The notes under the pieces: model-generated
Seen by the model: only the letters and a program-made list of their open reading frames with translations
What the model was told of the DNA's origin: nothing
Database searches by the model: none
Shown here: piece by piece, positions 33,684 through 41,265 of the stretch
Numbering within the stretch: position 1 is the first letter of the stretch
Layout of the letters: each line of letters opens with the position of its first letter
Made by a program: the position numbers and the translations under genes
Source of the DNA: a virus
DNA: 59,402 nt
IMG/VR virus record: IMGVR_UViG_3300045988_086105
Direction: 5' to 3' (one strand)

Positions 33684-33755
33684 GCGGATTTTGAAAATTT
33701 TAGTAATTTTTTCCAAAATCCACTCTTTTGCACCAGCTTTTCGATTTTTCTTTTG

Positions 33756-33781
33756 GGGCACCCTTTACGGGTGCCCTTTTC
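33756..33781 (+). terminator. GC-rich hairpin with a T-run
   Basis: GGGCACCC-TTTAC-GGGTGCCC followed by TTTTCTT. Confidence 0.5.
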
Positions 33782-33840
33782 TTAAAAATTCTTAAAAATC
33801 TAAAAGTAAATTAAATAATATACATATATCCGCGCGAGTT

Positions 33841-33940
33841 TGCTTGCGAAAGTGCTTGCGATTTTGAAAAATGCAAAGTCTGGAAACCATTGATTTTACT
33901 GGGTTTGAGCCTTGTCGTTTGCTTGCGATTTTGCTTGCTA
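33841..33940. repeat. Four iteron-like repeats TGCTTGC(G/T)A in two pairs
   Basis: Copies at 33841-49, 33853-61, 33920-28 and 33932-40. Spacing is 12 bp within each pair, with pairs 79 bp apart, in a 470-bp AT-rich non-coding region. Confidence 0.7.
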
Positions 33941-34170
33941 ACCTCAAAAACCTATGGTAAAATTGCACAAAAACAGGTTAATTGTTTTAGCAATTTAGAT
34001 ACCTCAAACGCGGTAGTTTTGGCTGTAAAATTTCGTTAAAATTTAACAAAAATTTTCTCCGTTTTTCACAAAAATAGTGGCTATATTTCAAGCCACTAAA
34101 TTTTATATGTTTGGGTTGTTCCCCTCCTGTTTTATAACATGATATATAAAAAGCCAATAGTTAATTGCAA

Positions 34171-34482
34171 TTATTTTTTTTTTGCGTTTTGCTCCTGGAT
34201 TTGGTGCAACCATTCATTCGCAGCTTGCAAATCCTCCGGCATATCTCTATATGCAGATGCCTTTTTCTCCGGCTCTTGAACGGTCTTTTGCTGGACTTGC
34301 ATCAATTCCTTTTCCCTGTCCTCCAAATAAGCCAGCACCGCCGCTACTGCTATATCGTTTATGTTGGCGTTTACCGCCTTTGCCCTTTCTCGCGTCCCTT
34401 TTGGTAGCCTTATTTGTGCCGTGTCAAATTTTGCGCGGTAATTTTCTACCGCCCTGCGTGTGTATTCTGCTGTTTTTGCCAT
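34171..34482 (-). CDS. Ribbon-helix-helix (CopG/Arc-like) DNA-binding protein
   Basis: The N-terminus FDTAQIRLPKGTRERAKAVNANINDIAVAAVLAYLE fits a beta-strand/helix/helix RHH pattern. Confidence 0.6.
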   Translation of the reverse strand: MAKTAEYTRRAVENYRAKFDTAQIRLPKGTRERAKAVNANINDIAVAAVLAYLEDREKELMQVQQKTVQEPEKKASAYRDMPEDLQAANEWLHQIQEQNAKKK

Positions 34483-34610
34483 TTGGAAAACCTCCTATTT
34501 ATTTTTATCATATTATATAACATATTATATAATGATGCAATATAGAAATTTACACAAAAATTTATATATTATTTTATATGATTTTTATATAACTTTTTAT
34601 ATAAAATGTA

Positions 34611-34639
34611 TTGACTCATGCTATATAACATGCTATAGT
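34611..34639 (+). promoter_or_regulatory. Sigma70-type promoter (TTGACT-17-TATAGT) with CATGCTATA direct repeats
   Basis: -35 at 34611-16 and -10 at 34634-39. The spacer contains two CATGCTATA copies 13 bp apart (start to start). Divergent from the RHH gene. Confidence 0.6.
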
Positions 34640-34682
34640 TAATACAACAAGAAAACAATAAAACCCAAAAGGAGGAAGAAAC

Positions 34683-34853
34683 ATGAAAAGATATAAATAT
34701 CACCACACTGCCCTGACACGCGGCTACGTGTCAGTAAAATCCGAAGGAGTCCGGGAAGATTACACCGGAAGATTTGGAACTGGCTATACGATAAAGAGAA
34801 ACAATCCGGACAGCACCCGGTACTGCTACATTGATTACTATGTAGCAATGTGA
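34683..34853 (+). CDS. Hypothetical protein (56 aa, MKRYKYHHTALTRGYVSVKSEG...)
   Basis: Hand-translated, below the track cutoff. AAAGGAGGAAG RBS. Confidence 0.55.
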   Translation: MKRYKYHHTALTRGYVSVKSEGVREDYTGRFGTGYTIKRNNPDSTRYCYIDYYVAM

Positions 34854-34879
34854 AAAATGAGAAAGTGAGGAAAAACAAT

Positions 34880-35134
34880 ATGATTATAGGAACTTTAATG
34901 AATGGGAAAAAATGCGTATATGATTTACCAAGCGAGATTAAGACAGCGGAGCATATGCAAAGCCTTATATATGGCTACAACAACGGCAGACTTGCAGAAA
35001 GCCAACGCCCGGAGCTTTACAACCAGCCTAAATTATTAAGCCTTAACGGTCCAATGTGGAACGGATACGGAACTCTCAAGAGTACAGGCGAGACGGTCGC
35101 AATTATACGCTATGAAAAACCGTGTAAATTTTAG
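34880..35134 (+). CDS. Hypothetical protein (84 aa)
   Basis: ATG 34880 with a GTGAGGA RBS. Followed by a GC-rich hairpin. Confidence 0.55.
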   Translation: MIIGTLMNGKKCVYDLPSEIKTAEHMQSLIYGYNNGRLAESQRPELYNQPKLLSLNGPMWNGYGTLKSTGETVAIIRYEKPCKF

Positions 35135-35213
35135 CCGAAACGCTCCGCCCTGGGGCGTCAGCCGCGGAATAGCCGCCCGGCTCCGATGATGGCAGGCTGG
35201 AAAGGGAAAAGAT

Positions 35214-35423
35214 ATGACAGTTGCAGAAAGAAAGATAAATACAGAGGATTTGATAAGCTTTGAAGAAATCGCAAAGAAGCATGTAGCCGGGGAATATTTA
35301 GCGATCGGAAATGACGGGAAAAGCTATAATGCTTCATACGTTCCGAATTATGAGCCGTCCGGCGTGATGTTCTTCTGCATTCCGGCAGATGTTGAAATCT
35401 TAGGATATTTAGAAGTTGTTTAA
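35214..35423 (+). CDS. Hypothetical protein (69 aa)
   Basis: Track ORF with a GGAAAGGGA RBS. Followed by a GC-rich hairpin. Confidence 0.55.
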   Translation: MTVAERKINTEDLISFEEIAKKHVAGEYLAIGNDGKSYNASYVPNYEPSGVMFFCIPADVEILGYLEVV

Positions 35424-35464
35424 GTCGAAACCGCCGCCCGGCGGTCTGGTGTAGGGTTGCAACC

Positions 35465-35683
35465 TTGCCACTGATGAGACAAGCACACGAAAGGATGGTT
35501 GATATTATGGAATCTATGGAAAAATTGCAGAAACAGAAAGACGATGCGAAAGCCGCTTATATTAAAGCCCGGGACGAATGGGCGGACACCAGAACCGCCG
35601 AAAATATCAAGGGTGACTTTGAAAAATGGAAAATTGTTTGTGATAGAAAGCGTGATTGTATGCGCTTTGGTGTACTTATTTAA
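35465..35683 (+). CDS. Hypothetical helical protein (start uncertain)
   Basis: Track ORF with several candidate starts (35474, 35495, 35507). Confidence 0.45.
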   Translation: MPLMRQAHERMVDIMESMEKLQKQKDDAKAAYIKARDEWADTRTAENIKGDFEKWKIVCDRKRDCMRFGVLI

Positions 35684-35727
35684 GCAAGCGGCGGCGTTTT
35701 CCGGGGTTCGATTCCCCGGCTTGCTTT
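35684..35727 (+). other. tRNA acceptor/T-arm-like minihelix that also acts as an intergenic terminator-like hairpin
   Basis: GCAAGC...CCGGGG-TTCGATT-CCCCGG-CTTGC followed by TTTT. Confidence 0.4.
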
Positions 35728-35767
35728 TACCCGGAAACGGAAAAAATAAAAAATGGAGGAAATGAGC

Positions 35768-35980
35768 ATGGGATGGATAGAAAGAGAATACCCGTTACAT
35801 TTGTATATTGTAGAGGTCAAGTATAGTGGAGATATAGCAATAGCAGATGTAAGAGCAAAAAAAGATCCAAAAGAAAAAGATAATAAAAACGGATTTACAG
35901 AGAATTATAGCAGCTATGAAGATGCAAAAAAAGCCGCGAAAAACATAGCAAGTCAACTTAATATCAAATGTGGTTTTTAG
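35768..35980 (+). CDS. Hypothetical protein (70 aa)
   Basis: GGAGGAAA RBS 6 nt before ATG 35768. Confidence 0.5.
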   Translation: MGWIEREYPLHLYIVEVKYSGDIAIADVRAKKDPKEKDNKNGFTENYSSYEDAKKAAKNIASQLNIKCGF

Positions 35981-36056
35981 CCGCCGCAGAGGATGCCCGC
36001 CGGATTACTACCGGCGGCGGTTTTTGCATTCAAAAAAAAGAAAGGAAAATAGATGC

Positions 36057-36230
36057 ATGAGTAATTTTTCAGAAAGTCAAAAGATGCTTCGGGACGCGTC
36101 AGCAGAATATGGGAAAATTGCCGATGCTCTCCGCCGCCTTATGCGCGGGGAAGTGTCCGCGGAGGAAGTGAACGCCGTGACAGATACGGCGTTGAAAAAT
36201 GTTGACAACTTAATAGAGGAGTACAGCTAG
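36057..36230 (+). CDS. Hypothetical protein (57 aa)
   Basis: AAAGGAAAA RBS before ATG 36057 (MSNFSESQKMLRDASAEYGK...). Confidence 0.5.
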   Translation: MSNFSESQKMLRDASAEYGKIADALRRLMRGEVSAEEVNAVTDTALKNVDNLIEEYS

Positions 36231-36671
36231 GGGCGTTAATTTGTCCTTGCTTTTGGCGCATATCTTGACATCCGGAGCGCGGGCGTGCTATGCTTAATTT
36301 GTATGCATTTGCACCGTTCCACGCCATTCTGGCGGCAGAAAATCAAGGCGTATCTGTATTTATCATACAATTTTACGCCTTGAATCGAAAACTTCTTAAA
36401 AATTTTTCCACGAAATTTGGTCAAAATCTGAAAAAGTTGAAAACGGTTTTTTCGGACTGGAAATTAAGGTAGGGGGGTATCAAATTCTCCTGGATTATTT
36501 TTTGAAAAAATTTTTGAATTTTATTGATTGAATTTTGAAAGCAGTATTCTATCCTCCGGCAAATCGCCAATTTCCCGTGACATATCTCCTATTTTATGAT
36601 AAAATAATGAAAAATTTCAAAAAAAGTCTCGAAAAATGAGATTTTTAATAAACATAGAGGGAGAAATGCTT

Positions 36672-37295
36672 ATGAAACGAATCATTCCATTACTACTATC
36701 TTTATCACTTCTTATTTGCGGTTGTGGGTCACAGACGAACACTGTAGACCTTACACAGAAATCACAAGAAACACCAAATGTATCACCAGTAGAAGAATCA
36801 GAAACACCACAGCTTTTTGACAAGGATGTTGATATTATCTTGTCTGCTTACGATTTCAACAACGTAGGAATCGAACAATATGTGGCAGATTATAAAAAAG
36901 ATAATCCTGATGCCGTGGTAGAGGTATATGACGATGACCACTACAAATTGACAATCAAGGAATCAAAGAGACAAGCTACACTAGATGAGATATTGAGTAA
37001 AGATAATCTTAACTCTACGTTTCAACAAATTTTTTCTGATGAACAGTATGCTTCTCTAAAATCAGTAGACTACAACGATGATTTTTCAGAGTTTACTTTT
37101 TATGCAGACAAGGAAGAATACGAAGCTGACAATCCTTTTATTCCTTTTGGTGTAGCAATTATATGTGGAGTATTAAGTGATTCTATTCAGGCGTACAATT
37201 TAGTTCCACCGGAAGACAGAGACTTCAATGTTCTGATTGTAGACCAAGATACAAACGAAGTTATTTACGACTTATCAGAGCATCAAGATAATTGA
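36672..37295 (+). CDS. Lipoprotein (candidate prophage surface/exclusion protein)
   Basis: MKRIIPLLLSLSLLICGCGS is a signal peptide with a lipobox-like ICGC. GAGGGAG RBS 8 nt upstream. The gene has its own terminator. Confidence 0.7.
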   Translation: MKRIIPLLLSLSLLICGCGSQTNTVDLTQKSQETPNVSPVEESETPQLFDKDVDIILSAYDFNNVGIEQYVADYKKDNPDAVVEVYDDDHYKLTIKESKRQATLDEILSKDNLNSTFQQIFSDEQYASLKSVDYNDDFSEFTFYADKEEYEADNPFIPFGVAIICGVLSDSIQAYNLVPPEDRDFNVLIVDQDTNEVIYDLSEHQDN

Positions 37296-37300
37296 TTTTA

Positions 37301-37325
37301 AGAGCATCTTCGGATGCTCTTTTTA
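37301..37325 (+). terminator. Rho-independent terminator (UUCG tetraloop)
   Basis: AGAGCATC-TTCG-GATGCTCT followed by TTTT. Confidence 0.8.
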
Positions 37326-37354
37326 TTGCAAATCTATTCTATTTATTGTATAAT
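37326..37354 (+). promoter_or_regulatory. Sigma70-type promoter (TTGCAA-17-TATAAT) for the Bro leader
   Basis: -35 at 37326-31 and -10 at 37349-54, with a 17-nt spacer. Confidence 0.65.
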
Positions 37355-37372
37355 ATAAATCAGTTAGGAAGA

Positions 37373-37455
37373 TTGCACCAACCCGGACGAGGGTGTCTAT
37401 ACGAATCTTAGGACTCCGCGGGAAATCAGACCGAAAAAAGATTGGAAGTTCGCTA
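37373..37455 (+). promoter_or_regulatory. Conserved structured leader, copy 2 (upstream of the Bro gene)
   Basis: Same conserved blocks as 33541-33646. Helix CCCGGA/UCCG(y)GG and inner helix AGGGU/AUCUU (AGGAC/GUCUU in copy 1). Confidence 0.6.
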
Positions 37456-37488
37456 CTCCAACAGTAACAGGGGTAGTGGGCTTTTTTT
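37451..37488 (+). terminator. Intrinsic terminator overlapping the 3' end of leader copy 2
   Basis: CGCTACTCC (37451-59) / GGGGTAGTG (37470-78), then GGC and T7 (37482-88). Located 45 nt before the Bro start. Confidence 0.6.
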
Positions 37489-37532
37489 ATGCTCTTCTAC
37501 TCTTTCACAAATCATTCCGGGAGGTATTAGAG

Positions 37533-38165
37533 ATGAACGAATTAGAAGTATTTAGCAACAATGAATTTGGTGAAGTAAGAACTGTTGTGATTGATGGAAA
37601 ACCTTATTTTGTGGCAAGTGATATTGCAAAAGCGTTGTGTTACAAGAACACAAGCAAGGCAATTAAAGACCATTGTAGGTATGTAGCAAAACGTTATATA
37701 CCGCATCCTCAAAGCGAGAATAAGACGATAGAGGTAAATGTGATTCCAGAGGGAGATATGTATAGGCTTATCTCACATAGTGAATTGCCATCTGCTGAAA
37801 AATTTGAAAGTTGGATATTTGATGAGGTTCTACCATCCATTCGCAAAACCGGAACATATTCTGTGGAGCAGTCTACACCGAATGTACCTATGACCTATCG
37901 TGATGCCGTGGCACAACTTTTGAAAAGCCTTGACCGGGAAGAAGAATTGAAAGCACAACTTGATACTTCCAAGGACTGGTACTCTATCAAACGTGTAGCG
38001 GCTCTAAATGGTGTATCATGGAAACGTTTTGACTGGCGAAAGCTGAAAAATGTCGGAAAAGAAATGGGATATGAAGTTAAAAAGATATTCGATGCAAACT
38101 ACGGAGAAGTGAACACTTATCACAAGTCCGTATGGGAAAAAGTGTATCCGCAGTATGAATTGTAA
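37533..38165 (+). CDS. Bro-N domain antirepressor-type protein (start moved to ATG 37533)
   Basis: GGGAGG RBS. VFSNNEFGEVRTVVIDGKPYFVASDIAKALCYKNTSKAIKDHC is Bro-N-like. Confidence 0.75.
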   Translation: MNELEVFSNNEFGEVRTVVIDGKPYFVASDIAKALCYKNTSKAIKDHCRYVAKRYIPHPQSENKTIEVNVIPEGDMYRLISHSELPSAEKFESWIFDEVLPSIRKTGTYSVEQSTPNVPMTYRDAVAQLLKSLDREEELKAQLDTSKDWYSIKRVAALNGVSWKRFDWRKLKNVGKEMGYEVKKIFDANYGEVNTYHKSVWEKVYPQYEL

Positions 38166-38224
38166 GCCAGCACGATTTTGTGCAGTCAAATTATGTTTAA
38201 TGGAAAAAATCGGAGGAAAAATAG

Positions 38225-38899
38225 ATGAACGAATTAGTAAAGGTAAATTTTGAAACACAGACAGTATCCGCAAGAGAATTGCATGAGCAGTTAGGCATTG
38301 AAAAGAGATTCAGCGCATGGTTTGAAACTAACAGCCAAGGTTTTGTTGAGGGAGAAGATTTTACTGCTGCGTACCTCAAGGTACAGAGCAATCAGTACGG
38401 TGGAGAAAAGGAACTCCAAGATTACAACATGACTGTTGATATGGCAAAGCACTTGTGCCTTATGAGTAAGACAGAAAAAGGAAAACAGTGCCGCCAGTAC
38501 CTTATCGACCTTGAAAAGGCATGGAACACACCGGAGCAGATTATGGCACGGGCACTGGATATTGCACATAAGACCATTAACAGCCTTAAGGAAGAAAATC
38601 TTGTCATGAAGCCGAAAGCAGAATATTTCGATGAACTGGTGGAAAGAAATCTTTTGACCAGTTTCCGCACCACGGCAAAGGAATTTGGAATAAAAGAAAG
38701 TGCGCTTATCGGATGGCTCATTGAGAACAAATACATTTACCGTGACCAAAAAAACAAGCTATGCGCTTATGCCGCACCAAAGACTGACGGACTGTTTGAT
38801 GAAAAAGAATATACCAGTAAGCACTCCACCCACGCAGGAACGCAGACTTTGATTACTCCAAAGGGCAGAGAAACTTTTAGAATACTGATGAAAATTTAA
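38225..38899 (+). CDS. AntA/AntB plus KilAC antirepressor
   Basis: N-terminus [19 protein letters not shown] (AntA-like). C-terminus [32 protein letters not shown] (KilAC-like). Confidence 0.75.
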   Translation: MNELVKVNFETQTVSARELHEQLGIEKRFSAWFETNSQGFVEGEDFTAAYLKVQSNQYGGEKELQDYNMTVDMAKHLCLMSKTEKGKQCRQYLIDLEKAWNTPEQIMARALDIAHKTINSLKEENLVMKPKAEYFDELVERNLLTSFRTTAKEFGIKESALIGWLIENKYIYRDQKNKLCAYAAPKTDGLFDEKEYTSKHSTHAGTQTLITPKGRETFRILMKI

Positions 38900-38917
38900 T
38901 AGAGAACATTTAGAAAT

Positions 38918-38945
38918 AGGGCTGAAACGGCTCTATTTTTATTTT
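38918..38945 (+). terminator. Rho-independent terminator
   Basis: ATAGGGC...GGCTCTAT stem followed by TTTTTATTTT. Confidence 0.55.
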
Positions 38946-38958
38946 CTTGAAAAAACTC

Positions 38959-38999
38959 TTGACTTGTAACTTGTAACGCTATATAATGTAACTCGTAAC
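38959..38999 (+). promoter_or_regulatory. Consensus promoter (TTGACT-17-TATAAT) embedded in four GTAAC repeats
   Basis: -35 at 38959-64 and -10 at 38982-87. The sequence reads TTGTAAC TTGTAAC gctatataa TGTAAC tc GTAAC. Confidence 0.65.
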
Positions 39000-39005
39000 A
39001 AGGAG

Positions 39006-39191
39006 GTGATAATCATAGCACCTAAGAGCAGAGCCGATTACATGAAAAAGCGGAGGGAGAATACCAAAAACTTTAGTGTCGAAATTGAAAAAGAGAAGTT
39101 TGACAAGTTAGAAGAAAAACTCTCTGAAAAAGGAATCACTAAAAAGGAATGGTTTAATACCAAAGTTGATGAAGAAATCGGTAACAATTAA
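39006..39191 (+). CDS. Small basic protein, possibly RHH-like (start uncertain)
   Basis: Track ORF. AAGGAGGTGA lies at 38999-39008, so the listed GTG start sits inside the RBS. The next ATG is at 39042. Confidence 0.45.
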   Translation: MIIIAPKSRADYMKKRRENTKNFSVEIEKEKFDKLEEKLSEKGITKKEWFNTKVDEEIGNN

Positions 39192-39311
39192 AAAGTGATT
39201 GCCAGTCCGTCAAAACTTTAGCAATCACTCTTCTGCACCACTCTCAAAGAGATGGTAAAATTATTTTATCATCTTCTCTTGAGAAAATCAATTAAAAAGG
39301 AGAAGAAAATC

Positions 39312-39557
39312 ATGGACAAATTTTTAGAAATCGTATTCGAAAGTCAGATTATCAACACAGCGGAAAAAGGAGATAAAGCATCGGAATATTTTAAGCCGTT
39401 CTTCGATAAATTGCAGGAAATCGTAAGTGAAAAGGTATTTGAAGAACTCATGGATTCTTTTTCAGAATGTGAAGTGAATACTATTAACTACTATGCCGTT
39501 GAGGGAATGAAGCTGGCAATCGGTATTATGAATGGTTCTTACGTTCCACAGATTTAG
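39312..39557 (+). CDS. Hypothetical protein (81 aa; start moved to ATG 39312)
   Basis: AAAAAGGAGAAG RBS before MDKFLEIVFESQ. Confidence 0.55.
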   Translation: MDKFLEIVFESQIINTAEKGDKASEYFKPFFDKLQEIVSEKVFEELMDSFSECEVNTINYYAVEGMKLAIGIMNGSYVPQI

Positions 39558-39567
39558 GAGGTAGCAT

Positions 39568-40245
39568 ATGACGGAACTGGTAAACGTTGAGGGAACGGAT
39601 TTATATATAAAAAATTATAATAACAAAATGGTTGTAAGTTTCGATGATATATGCAGTGTGCATAAATGCGATAAGAAAAGGCTTTCTAGGCATTTTGAAA
39701 GAAAAAGAAGATATTTCATAAAAGATATAGATTTTTTTGAGGTTACAAGAAAAGAGTTAGGCGACCTGGTGTCGCCTAACGAAAAAATAGTAGGAAATCC
39801 CTACCTCAAAACATATTTATTCACTGAGACAGGTTATCTTATGATTGTAAAATGCCTTGATGATGATATAGCATGGAACATACAAAGACAGCTTGTTAAT
39901 GGATATTTTGCAGGAAAGTTCCAAAGCAAGGAACAAAATGATATTCCGCCGGAACTAAGAATCCCGTTACAAATGGACTGGGCAAAACGCCAGAAATACA
40001 AAATCAATGTTATCTGTGAAAACTTTGATTGCACTTATGCCAAGTACATTTCCCGAATCATCGGCTTAATCGGAGAAACCTATGATTTTGATTTTGCAAT
40101 GAAAAAATATGAGGAACTGACCGGTAAGAAACCCAAATATGCCATGGATGCCATTGGATATTTCCCAGAACTACAGAAAATGGCTACCGATATTATCATG
40201 TTTGATTACCAGGATATGCTAAAAAGGTCGGGACTGAATCCTTAA
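39568..40245 (+). CDS. ORF6N/KilA-N-related antirepressor-type protein
   Basis: VVSFDDICSVHKCDKKRLSRHFERKRRYFIKDIDFFEV...YLFTETGYLMIVKCLDDDIAW fits the ORF6N pattern. Confidence 0.65.
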   Translation: MTELVNVEGTDLYIKNYNNKMVVSFDDICSVHKCDKKRLSRHFERKRRYFIKDIDFFEVTRKELGDLVSPNEKIVGNPYLKTYLFTETGYLMIVKCLDDDIAWNIQRQLVNGYFAGKFQSKEQNDIPPELRIPLQMDWAKRQKYKINVICENFDCTYAKYISRIIGLIGETYDFDFAMKKYEELTGKKPKYAMDAIGYFPELQKMATDIIMFDYQDMLKRSGLNP

Positions 40246-40248
40246 CTT

Positions 40249-40575
40249 TCAGCCAACTGCACCAGCGTACAGACATTGACTGATTATCTGGTCTGCCAGA
40301 GCGAACACTTCTCTCCCATAGGTGGCAAGGAAATCTGCTACTATCTCCTCTGTTTCTACCGGCATGTAGATGTCGTAGGACAGGCAGAAAGCGTGGCATA
40401 ATTCATGGCAGAGAACACGTTCCTGGAACTTACCAGATATTCTGTCAGAAATATAAATACATCTTGTAGTCCTATCCGTCATACCGAAAGTAAACGTATT
40501 GTCGGAGCGCATCAGCATAGAGCTGTGCGGGGCTACAAGGTGCAAATCCCATTCAATTCCATTTATCTTGAACAT
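40249..40575 (-). CDS. ImmA/IrrE-like zinc metallopeptidase (small)
   Basis: HEXXH motif in VLCHELCHAF. The start is uncertain (TTG 40593 or ATG 40575). Confidence 0.6.
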   Translation of the reverse strand: MFKINGIEWDLHLVAPHSSMLMRSDNTFTFGMTDRTTRCIYISDRISGKFQERVLCHELCHAFCLSYDIYMPVETEEIVADFLATYGREVFALADQIISQCLYAGAVG

Positions 40576-40602
40576 TTCTACACCGCCTTTCAAATTGTTT
40601 CT

Positions 40603-40636
40603 AAAAAGGGAGCCTAGCGGCTCCCTTCTATTTTTT
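40603..40636. terminator. Bidirectional rho-independent terminator ending the cargo operon
   Basis: AAGGGAGCC-TAGC-GGCTCCCTT, flanked by A5 and T6. Confidence 0.75.
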
Positions 40637-41264
40637 AGGGAATTTTTGCTACCAGAGTGCTAAGTTTGGTTTTTAACAGTTGGTTTTCCTCCGGTGTAGA
40701 ATCCTTAATCATGCCCAGAATATCCTCGGACAACTCTCCCATGTAAATCCCAAGGTCACGCATTTTTGCCTCTTTATCCTGCTGGGTATTGCCCCGGTGG
40801 AGTTCTTTGTTCTCCATGTAGGTTCTACGGCTCATGCCACTTTTTCCCTCTCTGGGGTCGCGCATGTCGTGGTGCATCTCTACCGGTTCAGTGTAGTACA
40901 TTTTTCCGATAGTTCTGTCCATGTCCCGGTACATCTCCGGTGTCATGTGGTAGTAGGGCGGCTCCTCGTAGCCCCGGCGGTATGTTCCGTGCCCTTTCGG
41001 TGCAAATCTTCCATCCGCATAGCGGTAATGGTCATAATACCGGCGGTCACCGTACTGGTCAAACTTTTCCATGATTTCCTCATTGTCAGACTCCTGCATT
41101 GCCTTTACCAGTGTGCGGTAGTACATACTCTCGGACAAATCCTTAATCATGTCGACAACTTTGCCCATCTCGCAAGTGTCTACATGACTTCCTTTTTGAT
41201 TAAATTCCTCCGTAGCGCACTGTGTCAGTTTTTCCAGCATTTCGTGCATTCTTTTGATGTCCAT
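40635..41264 (-). CDS. Cargo protein G: Tyr/His/Met/Arg/Asp-rich hypothetical (209 aa)
   Basis: Track ORF. Low-complexity core: DRRYYDHYRYADGRFAPKGHGTYRRGYEEPPYYHMTPEMYRDMDR. Confidence 0.6.
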   Translation of the reverse strand: MDIKRMHEMLEKLTQCATEEFNQKGSHVDTCEMGKVVDMIKDLSESMYYRTLVKAMQESDNEEIMEKFDQYGDRRYYDHYRYADGRFAPKGHGTYRRGYEEPPYYHMTPEMYRDMDRTIGKMYYTEPVEMHHDMRDPREGKSGMSRRTYMENKELHRGNTQQDKEAKMRDLGIYMGELSEDILGMIKDSTPEENQLLKTKLSTLVAKIP

Positions 41265-41265
41265 A

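Noticed and set aside
33541-37455. Reading the inverted copies of the conserved element as terminal inverted repeats of a transposon or an invertible segment
   Set aside because: No transposase or invertase lies between them. The conserved blocks sit just downstream of outward-facing promoters and merge into terminators. One helix shows a compensatory change. All of this fits an RNA-level role better. A DNA-level role is not excluded.
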